DNA of 15,017 nucleotides from Candidatus Parvarchaeum sp. (GTDB lineage: Archaea; Nanobdellota; Nanobdellia; Parvarchaeales; Parvarchaeaceae): positions 63,572-78,588 of the forward strand of contig JBMFWF010000003.1 of NCBI GenBank assembly GCA_049965555.1. The letters run 5' to 3'. Under the pieces are notes generated by a model that was given only the letters and a program-made list of their open reading frames with translations, made no database searches and had not been told where the DNA came from. A program made the position numbers and the translations under genes. Below are positions 6,633 through 13,544 of this stretch, in pieces; the stretch's first letter is position 1; each line of letters begins with the position of its first letter.

Positions 6633-8824
6633 TATAAACCACCTAGAAAGCCCATAAATAACGAAGGCAGGTAGCTAAATACCTTAATTATGTAATTTTC
6701 TGTCGACACGAAAAAGTTTTGATGAGTTCTTTTTGTCAAAATAATTTTTATGCTTTTATTAAGCCCATAATTTACATTTATAGTACCGTTGTTGTTTATC
6801 TGGAAAACCTCTTTTGTTAAATTTCCTTTGCTGTAATAAGACAATAGATCCAATCCAGTTTCGTTTAAATAAATGCCTTGTGTATTTTTAGGCCCTTTAT
6901 TACTATATGCTTTTAAGACGTAGTTTGTATAGTTTTCTTCGCTACTTAATAAGTTAGTATAGTTAACGTTTCTGTTTAAAGCCATCGATATACTATGATT
7001 TATTGAATATATGCCCTCTAGCATCTCTTTGTTCAGATTTATAAGAGAAGAAATGTTGAAATTGCAGCTATTTATGTCTCTGTATTCAGTTATGTTTTTT
7101 GTAACTGTCTCTATTTTATACTTAATGAATGGAGTAGTAGACACGTTTAATGAATCATACAAGTAATAAGATTTGCCTGGTGAAATAGTGATATTTTCAT
7201 ACCCTAAACAATTCGGCTCTACATATAACCCATAAGTATAATTATCTGAACTATTCGCAAAGGATAAAAGGTATTTTCCCTGCTTCAATTCCAAGAAAAT
7301 ACTGTTAGGTAAGAGTGTATCAGAATATAGTGTTTTATTCCCTTCCAGAATATTAAAACTTAAGTTTTTCTTGCCTTCAAATGATATATTCACTGGAATA
7401 TATTTACTTAAATTAAAATTCTCTACACTGTTATTTGAAAATTTATTGAAAACTAAATTTAAACCATTATAATAATGAGTTATAGGATTTCTACCTGACA
7501 GATATAAATAAATATTTTTGATCGAAGAATTTACTGAAAAAATTGAATTGTTAATTGGTTTGGTCTCTAAAAAGGTGCTATTGTTATAAATTCCTTTTAA
7601 ATTTACATAAATTCCATTCAAACTACAGCCTAAAGGAGATTGAATTTTAACTATAACTGAATAGTTTTGTAGTTTCTTAGAGTAATTCTCTGAATAATTG
7701 ACCACGTAATTATCTTGTAATGCCCGGCTCCACTGATAACTAGGTATAGAGGCTAAAAGCAATTTAGGATTTGCTTTAAATAAAAATACATTACCAACGC
7801 CACCATACCCAAGATTAGCAGAACTATAATCTTTGGGAAGGGAAAGCGGACTATTAAGTTGTATACTGCCGCCGCTTACATTAAAAGTACCATTGTTTAT
7901 AAATTCGCTTGATATGACCTCGATAATTCCGCCGCCTCCCGCGCCTACAATCCCAAAATCAATAAATTTACTTGCATTTTTTATATCGGAATAATTTATT
8001 GACTGACCTTGATTATAAATCTCGCCAGTGTTGTTGAATGATTTTGAAATTATTATCAAAGGTAATACTCCGCTCCCGCCCCGCATATAAAAAGAACTGT
8101 TGTTTACTCCATTATAAGAAGCGCCTCCGGCGCTATTTAATAAACTTAAATTAAATGAATAATTGGAAAGACTAGAATAAACATGCTTGCCAAAACTATC
8201 AATAGGAGGGTATAATACTTTGTTTAAGTAACTAGTCACTTGGCCTGGCCCTCCTATTACTAATGTATTTCCGCCGTTGCATGCACTAAAATTAGCTAAG
8301 CTTCCACCGCCGCTGCCAGCATATGAAAAAGGGTAGCTTTCTCCACCACAGCCATAGTTATTTCCATTGTAAGACAAGTAAGCATTTGTATATCCACCAT
8401 TATTCAAATAATTCTGATTTATAATAATCCCTTTATTTAAGAAATAACTAAAGTTAATAAAAATGGGTTTTTTCAATAATAATACACCGTAGTTTTCAAA
8501 ATTTATGCCGCCAAGCAATGTTGCGTTTATAGTTGTATTGCCTTTATTTATCAAAGTACTTACATTCAAAGTAGAGTTTCCAGTAATACTAAAAGTATTA
8601 TTTATGAATATCCCTTTTGCTGATATATTTTTACTAATTAATGAAACAGGCCTTTCAACATTAACCCATTGAGAAGTACAAACAAAGTTGGAATGATTAG
8701 TCAAAGTTATGTTTTGATTATAACATGAAACACCAAAACTACTTCCAAAACTTAAAAGCAAAATAAATACTACTAATAAGATTACTACAAGACTAATTTC
8801 CATATTCATATTTTTGTTCATCAT
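6632..8824 (-). CDS. Large secreted/surface glycoprotein with glycine-rich domain
   Basis: Signal peptide (ISLVVILLVVFILLLSFGSSFG); about 44 N-x-S/T sequons by manual count; Gly-rich motifs (AGSGGGS, SAGGAS, RGGSG, GAGGGGIIEV, NVSGGS, GYGGVG); amphipathic/hydrophobic C-terminus. Confidence 0.8.
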   Translation of the reverse strand: MMNKNMNMEISLVVILLVVFILLLSFGSSFGVSCYNQNITLTNHSNFVCTSQWVNVERPVSLISKNISAKGIFINNTFSITGNSTLNVSTLINKGNTTINATLLGGINFENYGVLLLKKPIFINFSYFLNKGIIINQNYLNNGGYTNAYLSYNGNNYGCGGESYPFSYAGSGGGSLANFSACNGGNTLVIGGPGQVTSYLNKVLYPPIDSFGKHVYSSLSNYSFNLSLLNSAGGASYNGVNNSSFYMRGGSGVLPLIIISKSFNNTGEIYNQGQSINYSDIKNASKFIDFGIVGAGGGGIIEVISSEFINNGTFNVSGGSIQLNSPLSLPKDYSSANLGYGGVGNVFLFKANPKLLLASIPSYQWSRALQDNYVVNYSENYSKKLQNYSVIVKIQSPLGCSLNGIYVNLKGIYNNSTFLETKPINNSIFSVNSSIKNIYLYLSGRNPITHYYNGLNLVFNKFSNNSVENFNLSKYIPVNISFEGKKNLSFNILEGNKTLYSDTLLPNSIFLELKQGKYLLSFANSSDNYTYGLYVEPNCLGYENITISPGKSYYLYDSLNVSTTPFIKYKIETVTKNITEYRDINSCNFNISSLINLNKEMLEGIYSINHSISMALNRNVNYTNLLSSEENYTNYVLKAYSNKGPKNTQGIYLNETGLDLLSYYSKGNLTKEVFQINNNGTINVNYGLNKSIKIILTKRTHQNFFVSTENYIIKVFSYLPSLFMGFLGGL

Positions 8825-8855
8825 ATTTTTAATTTGATCTTTTAGAAAACAATAG

Positions 8856-8870
8856 TATTTAAACTTTTCT
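8856..8870 (-). promoter_or_regulatory. BRE/TATA promoter of the three-gene unit 8824->4126
   Basis: Minus strand reads AGAAAAGTTTAAATA; the TATA ends about 32 bp before the ATG at 8824. Confidence 0.6.
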
Positions 8871-8920
8871 ATTTAATTGCTTTTTTAAAGTAGTTAAATA
8901 TACAATATATATGGCTATAA

Positions 8921-8945
8921 GAGACACCCTCATTTCCTATGGAAA
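8921..8945 (-). repeat. ORB1 (origin recognition box)
   Basis: Plus strand gagacaccctcatttcctatggaaa; 20/25 identical to the reverse complement of ORB3. Confidence 0.88.
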
Positions 8946-8993
8946 GAACGTGACCTGCAATCGAAGCAATAACGCTGTCTTTGATTATAATTT

Positions 8994-9029
8994 ATTTCTT
9001 ATGGAACACACCTTCATTTCCTATGGAAC
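8994..9029 (-). repeat. Mini-ORB (8994-9007) plus ORB2 (9005-9029) in tandem
   Basis: atttcttatggaac followed 22 bp later by atttcctatggaac; ORB2 also carries the acaccttc G-string complement. Confidence 0.85.
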
Positions 9030-9113
9030 GTATATTATTATATTTATTATTATTCCATATAGAATATAGAATAATAGACAGTATAATAAATGATTTAATT
9101 TTTCCTAATAATA

Positions 9114-9138
9114 TTTCCATAAGAAACATAGGTGTCTC
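9114..9138 (+). repeat. ORB3, inverted relative to ORB1/ORB2
   Basis: tttccataagaaacataggtgtctc, on the other side of the AT-rich element. Confidence 0.88.
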
Positions 9139-9160
9139 TGTACTATTAGTAAAATAAAGT

Positions 9161-9234
9161 TATTTAAATAAAGTTATATAACTGAATTTACTAATAGTAT
9201 TTAAATAAAGAAATACACATTAATTTACTAAGAT
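9161..9234 (+). promoter_or_regulatory. cdc6 promoter region made of two imperfect 37-bp tandem units, each starting with a TATA box
   Basis: 9161-9197 tatttaaataaagttatataactgaatttactaatag vs 9198-9234 tatttaaataaagaaatacacattaatttactaagat (29/37 identical). TTTAAATA at 9200-9207 lies about 28 bp before the ATG at 9235. Confidence 0.65.
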
Positions 9235-10503
9235 ATGGAAACTTTTCAATCCGACGACAATAATTTCCAGAAAGCAAACATTGATAAAATACAAAATGTT
9301 GATCCAATTGCAATATTTAATGAATTTCTTACAAGCAAACGTATTTTTAAGAATAAAGAAGTTTTATCTTCTTCTTTCGTTCCGGATGAAATAATGCATA
9401 GAAATACTGAAATAGCAACTCTTTCAAGGATTATAGCTCCTAGTTTGTTATTTGAAGGGATTTCTAACGTTTTAGTTTATGGTTTTTCGGGCACGGGCAA
9501 ATCTTTGGTTACAAAATATGTTGGTAAGAAATTGGCAAGCTCTGCGAAAGAGAAAAAAGTAAATGTGCTTCCTGCTTATATGAACTGCAGACTGGAAAAC
9601 AATAATACCGAATATCGTCTAATATCAAATCTTTGTGCTGTTTTTAACATAAATGTTCCAGAAAGCGGTCTTTCTGTGAATAGTTTATACAAAAGGCTGA
9701 TAAAAACGATAGATGCTGAAAGTACCTATCTTATTCTTATCTTAGATGAGATAGAAAAGCTTATACAGCACGCCGGCGATGGCGTGCTGTACAGTCTTCT
9801 TAGGTTAAACGAGTCTCTTAAGCATGCAAAGATTGCCATAATTGGCATTTCAAACAATATTGATTTAAAGGCCTCTCTGGATCAAAGAGTAAGAAGCTCT
9901 TTAAACCCTGTTGAAATAATCTTTAAGCCATATAATGCAGAAGAGATCTTTGATATACTGTTAATGCGCTCTAAAGAAGCCTTTTATGAAAATGCAATAA
10001 GCGAAGGTGTTTTGAGGAAATGCGCAGCGATGGTTGCACAGGAACATGGAGATATACGAAAAGCATTGGATTTGTTAAAGGTCGCAGGAGAAAGAACACA
10101 ACAGTTGGGTAAATCCGTTATAACTGAGGAGGAGCTTGATAATGCTGCCGAAGCCCTTGAGCAAAATATAACCGAAGGCATGATTAAATCAATGACTCGG
10201 CAGAGCAAATGTATACTTCTTTCCATTATATCCGTTGCAAGGACTAAAAGGATGGGCAGAGTGTACAGCGGGGAAGTCTATGATACTTATCTTAAGCTTG
10301 CTGAAAAATTTGGACTTAAGAAGTTGACCTTTAGGAGAGTCTCCGATTTAATCGCAGATATGGATTACAACTCTTTAGTAATGTCCAGAATAAAGAGCCA
10401 TGGGAGATATGGAAGGACAAGGGAATTAAATATTGCATTCTCTCCTTCTATAATAAACAAGGCAGAGATGATAATAAAAGAAGAGTTAAATATTACTACT
10501 TAA
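9235..10503 (+). CDS. cdc6: Orc1/Cdc6 replication initiation protein
   Basis: IFKNKEVLSSSFVPDEIMHR N-terminal motif; Walker A YGFSGTGKS; Walker B ILILDEIE; LDQRVRSSL; FKPYNAEEI; HGDIRKALDLL; winged-helix end GRYGRTREL. Confidence 0.97.
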   Translation: METFQSDDNNFQKANIDKIQNVDPIAIFNEFLTSKRIFKNKEVLSSSFVPDEIMHRNTEIATLSRIIAPSLLFEGISNVLVYGFSGTGKSLVTKYVGKKLASSAKEKKVNVLPAYMNCRLENNNTEYRLISNLCAVFNINVPESGLSVNSLYKRLIKTIDAESTYLILILDEIEKLIQHAGDGVLYSLLRLNESLKHAKIAIIGISNNIDLKASLDQRVRSSLNPVEIIFKPYNAEEIFDILLMRSKEAFYENAISEGVLRKCAAMVAQEHGDIRKALDLLKVAGERTQQLGKSVITEEELDNAAEALEQNITEGMIKSMTRQSKCILLSIISVARTKRMGRVYSGEVYDTYLKLAEKFGLKKLTFRRVSDLIADMDYNSLVMSRIKSHGRYGRTRELNIAFSPSIINKAEMIIKEELNITT

Positions 10504-10517
10504 TAAAAGGCAAACAT

Positions 10518-10529
10518 AAAGTTTAAATA
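10518..10529 (+). promoter_or_regulatory. BRE/TATA promoter for 10552..10854
   Basis: AAAGTTTAAATA ending about 23 bp before the ATG at 10552. Confidence 0.6.
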
Positions 10530-10551
10530 TTACCTCATTTCATCAAATTCT

Positions 10552-10854
10552 ATGGTCAAGGAAATAAAGCAATATACTGATAGTATAGAAAGCTTATTGG
10601 ATAAGACTTCTAAAAAAGGTTTGGAAGTGCAGGTCTATAACCGCAAAACCGAAAAGATAGAAGACATTCATTTAGATTATCTTAGCGCTTTGAAATTAAG
10701 ATTAAAAGGGTTCGCAAAAATTGATGAAAGACAATATGAAGGTTGGTCTGGAACAATTCCATTTTATGTTTATACTTGTAAGTCAAACGGTAAAAAGATC
10801 TTTATGTTAGATTATCCACATGGTTATGAAGGCAGGTTGGACTGCAAATTATGA
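10552..10854 (+). CDS. Hypothetical protein
   Basis: 100-aa ORF with its own TATA box and an aromatic/Gly-rich C-terminal half (YEGWSGTIPFYVYTC...DYPHGYEGRLDC). Overlaps the convergent gene by 6 bp. Confidence 0.75.
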   Translation: MVKEIKQYTDSIESLLDKTSKKGLEVQVYNRKTEKIEDIHLDYLSALKLRLKGFAKIDERQYEGWSGTIPFYVYTCKSNGKKIFMLDYPHGYEGRLDCKL

Positions 10855-11166
10855 TTTATTGAGTCTTATAGCTTCCAGTAGTTCTTGCCTTAATCTTTCG
10901 CCTTTGGAATCAATTCTATCAAAGGCCTTTGCAATTTTATCTTGCTTAAGGTAAGTTAACCAAGCTGAAAAGTGTTTTCCAGCGCTGTGAAATTCCAAAG
11001 ATTCTATAGGTAATGTCCTTATTAACCCCTCGAAACCATTTAGGGTGCCTGCTCTGCCGACTTCTTTTCCGTCTTTCAATCTAAATATAAATTCCTTACC
11101 AGCTTCGGCAGCTATATCCTTGTTTTGTTTTTCTTCATGTTTCTTACTAGACATGTTCGTTAGCAT
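10849..11166 (-). CDS. DUF5752-family-like protein (start may be the Met at 11154)
   Basis: Pattern F-x-F...GRAGTLNGFEGLIRTLPIESLEFH...HFSAWL...DKIA resembles DUF5752 as I recall it (S-l-x-f-H ... FS-x-W); not confirmed by search. Confidence 0.7.
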   Translation of the reverse strand: MLTNMSSKKHEEKQNKDIAAEAGKEFIFRLKDGKEVGRAGTLNGFEGLIRTLPIESLEFHSAGKHFSAWLTYLKQDKIAKAFDRIDSKGERLRQELLEAIRLNKS

Positions 11167-11306
11167 AATTAGTAATACTTTTAATCATATTTATATTTTA
11201 AATATATCCCTTTTAGGAGTAAGCCAAACTATAATACATAATGTAAAATGAATGTTATTCCAGAAACAATAGCGTTTTAATATTAAAATAACTATAGTCT
11301 GTTAGA

Positions 11307-11642
11307 GTGGAAGAAAAAAAAGCAAGGGAATTGGTGTTTTATCACATTGGCAGGGTTGTCAAAGTTATTGATAGAAATAATTCTAAAAACCTAGATAAAA
11401 AACACAAAGCAGTGATAGAGATGTGGGATAACAACATAATAACCTGCGAGATAGGAAATGCAAATCCGAAAGACAATGATTTTGTCATAGTTCTTTTTAA
11501 TGGGTTGGTTCAAGCGCAAGGCGTTTTCATGAGGCCAGAAACGATAACAGATATTCTTTCACAAGAGGCAGGGCAACAGATTTGGGACAAATATAAAGGA
11601 TTTTTCGATAAGTCTAAGCCTACACATCCATTTACCGGTTAA
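11307..11642 (+). CDS. Hypothetical protein, beta-rich, possibly OB-fold-like
   Basis: 111-aa ORF with GTG start and TTTAATAT at 11276-11283; beta-strand pattern GRVVKVID...AVIEMWD...NDFVIVLF. Confidence 0.72.
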   Translation: MEEKKARELVFYHIGRVVKVIDRNNSKNLDKKHKAVIEMWDNNIITCEIGNANPKDNDFVIVLFNGLVQAQGVFMRPETITDILSQEAGQQIWDKYKGFFDKSKPTHPFTG

Positions 11643-11672
11643 TTTATAGGTTAAGTTTGGTATTTCTTTAGT

Positions 11673-12809
11673 ATGTCAGACGAAATTAAAAAAGTTTTGA
11701 ATTCTGAAAAGCTGTCTTATGAATTATATTCAAAACTGGAAAGAATAGAAAGAAACAAACAGTTGAAAAAGAAGCTGAGAGAACTTAAAGAGCTCGATTC
11801 CAAGCACATTAGGGTGTGGACTGAAATCTATCAAGAATTAAATATCCCTGTAAGGGAAAGAGGGAATAAACTCGAGCTTTTTCTTTTTATTTTGCTTAGA
11901 AAGCTATTTGGTAGCGGACTTACTTTGAGTGTAATCAATTCACTAGAAAACAGAAAAGTTTCCGATTTATCAAAAATTTTTGATGTTATCCCAGATAAAC
12001 AAAGAGAGAAAGTAGTCAATTACTTAGTCGAAGAATTATACCAAGAAAGAATTCTCAAAAAAGAATCTTGGGAGAGCGGCATCTTGTCCCACATAAGGGA
12101 CGTAGTTTTCGGGATGAACGATGGTTTAGTTGAAGTATTGGCTGCAGTGGCAGGTTTTACCGGGGCCATACACAATAACCTGCTTATAGCCGTTGCTGGA
12201 ACTATAGTTGGTTTATCAGGCACCATTTCGATGGCTGTTGGCGCCTATCTTTCATCAAAGTCAGAGAAGGATTTAGATTTTGACGGAATAAATAGGTTGG
12301 AGCTGGAATTGCAAGTTGCAAAAGAAAGATTAAAAGAGGATTTGGAAAGGCACTCTTTGAACTATAAAAAGTTCAACGAGTCTTTGGAGGACCTGATTTC
12401 AAAGTTGAAAAAAGAGAGAGATCCTGTGTATAAAATTCTGGAAAGAGAAAGAAAAAACCCTCTTATGAATTTCATAAGTGGCAATGGAAAGATCTATCAA
12501 AATAACAATTCAGTTAATCCAGTTAAAGACGCATTATATGTCGGCGTTTTCTACGTTTTTGGAGCAATAATCCCTTTGATAAGCTTTCTTATAGGATCCA
12601 TAATAAAATCAAATACTTATTATAATTTGGTTATATCTGTTATTCTAACATCAATAGCAATTGCTCTCACTTCGCTTATAATCGCCCTTAACTCAAATGA
12701 GAAAGTATTTAGGTATATAAGCAGGGCATTGGGGCTCAGCCTTACTGCGGCATTTGTCACTTTCCTAGTGGGACATTTGGCTTCTGTGTATCTGCATATT
12801 GTAATTTAA
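11673..12809 (+). CDS. VIT1/CCC1-family Fe/Mn transporter with N-terminal rubrerythrin/ferritin-like domain
   Basis: VIT1 signatures IRDVVFGMNDGLV, SGTISMAVGAYLSSKSE, NPVKDALYVG...GAIIPL; about 5 TM helices; N-terminal E-x6-Y...D-x2-H-x3-W helix-bundle pattern. Confidence 0.9.
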   Translation: MSDEIKKVLNSEKLSYELYSKLERIERNKQLKKKLRELKELDSKHIRVWTEIYQELNIPVRERGNKLELFLFILLRKLFGSGLTLSVINSLENRKVSDLSKIFDVIPDKQREKVVNYLVEELYQERILKKESWESGILSHIRDVVFGMNDGLVEVLAAVAGFTGAIHNNLLIAVAGTIVGLSGTISMAVGAYLSSKSEKDLDFDGINRLELELQVAKERLKEDLERHSLNYKKFNESLEDLISKLKKERDPVYKILERERKNPLMNFISGNGKIYQNNNSVNPVKDALYVGVFYVFGAIIPLISFLIGSIIKSNTYYNLVISVILTSIAIALTSLIIALNSNEKVFRYISRALGLSLTAAFVTFLVGHLASVYLHIVI

Positions 12810-12843
12810 CCATAGTTTTAAGACTTAAAAATTTATAGAATAA

Positions 12844-13500
12844 ATGTTAACCATAAAAGTGGAATATTATAGCATAGCAGAAATAAAGAAGATCGAAGAC
12901 GAAGCCATAAGGAAAGGCATGACTGAAGAGAAGATGATGGATACTGCCGGCCATTTGATAGCCGATTTCATACACAAAAACATAGAGTTCAAAAAGGCAG
13001 TTTTCGTAGCCGGAACTGGAAATAACGGTGGAGATACCTTATCTGCAGCTTTTCATCTATTCAATTTGAATCACACCAGTATAGAAGTTTTGGTTGTAGG
13101 GAAACCGGAAGAATTGAAGGAAGGGCCTAAGACTTTCCTTTACCTTATAAACGACATAAAAGAAGTGCCTGTAAATTTTATCTATGATTCAGCAACCTTA
13201 GAACACTCAAAAGAAATCATAAAGAATGCGGATCTTTTAGTTGTGGGCCTTTTCGGCACAGGTTTCCATGGAGATCTGCCGGATTTAGCTGCAAATGTGG
13301 TTGATTTAATAAATGATAATTTAAATTCCAAAAAAATAAGTGTAGATATTCCTTCTGGTATGAATGGGGATACTGGAGAGTTCAAAAAAGCAGTGAAATC
13401 CGATTTTACACTTACTATGGTAGCCATGAAAAAGGCCTTTAAAAATCCTAATACTTTAACCATAACTGGTAAAATTTTTGTGATGGATTTATTAGCTTAA
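12844..13500 (+). CDS. nnrE: NAD(P)H-hydrate epimerase (stand-alone YjeF N-terminal domain)
   Basis: MMDTAG; AGTGNNGGD; GLFGTGF; SVDIPSG; SDFTLTM..MK motifs. Alternative GTG start at 12859. Confidence 0.92.
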   Translation: MLTIKVEYYSIAEIKKIEDEAIRKGMTEEKMMDTAGHLIADFIHKNIEFKKAVFVAGTGNNGGDTLSAAFHLFNLNHTSIEVLVVGKPEELKEGPKTFLYLINDIKEVPVNFIYDSATLEHSKEIIKNADLLVVGLFGTGFHGDLPDLAANVVDLINDNLNSKKISVDIPSGMNGDTGEFKKAVKSDFTLTMVAMKKAFKNPNTLTITGKIFVMDLLA

Positions 13501-13515
13501 TATAACAGTGTTATA

Positions 13516-13523
13516 TTTATAAA
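13516..13523 (+). promoter_or_regulatory. TATA box for sufS-sufU
   Basis: TTTATAAA about 21 bp before the ATG at 13545 (about 30 bp before the alternative ATG at 13554). Confidence 0.5.
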
Positions 13524-13544
13524 TAATAAAGGTTAGATAGTGCT

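Larger units (their letters stand above)
8921..9138. other. Archaeal replication origin (oriC): ORB elements flanking an AT-rich DNA unwinding element, adjacent to cdc6
   Basis: Repeats read TTTCCATAGGAAATGAGGGTGTCTC (8945-8921, minus), GTTCCATAGGAAATGAAGGTGTGTT (9029-9005, minus) and TTTCCATAAGAAACATAGGTGTCTC (9114-9138, plus). They match the ORB pattern TTCCA-nn-GAAA plus G-string. ORB2 and ORB3 are inverted around the very AT-rich 9030-9113. The region lies in the 410-bp gap upstream of orc1/cdc6, and gene orientation switches here. Confidence 0.9.

Noticed and set aside
8921-9138. 25-bp repeats as a CRISPR array or IS terminal inverted repeats
   Set aside because: Irregular spacing, mixed orientation, no cas or transposase gene; the ORB pattern next to cdc6 explains them.
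4126-10503. Integrated plasmid or virus carrying its own cdc6 and ATPase
   Set aside because: No integrase, transposase, tRNA target or flanking direct repeats were seen, and the flanks are housekeeping genes. It cannot be fully excluded without comparative genomes.
11258-11267. ttccagaaac as a distal mini-ORB
   Set aside because: Spacing between TTCCA and GAAA is wrong and there is no G-string; likely chance.
9984-13463. Short ORFs 9984..10226 (-), 11045..11251 (+), 11831..12019 (-), 12020..12226 (-), 13182..13463 (-)
   Set aside because: All are antisense to confidently assigned genes and lack motifs.
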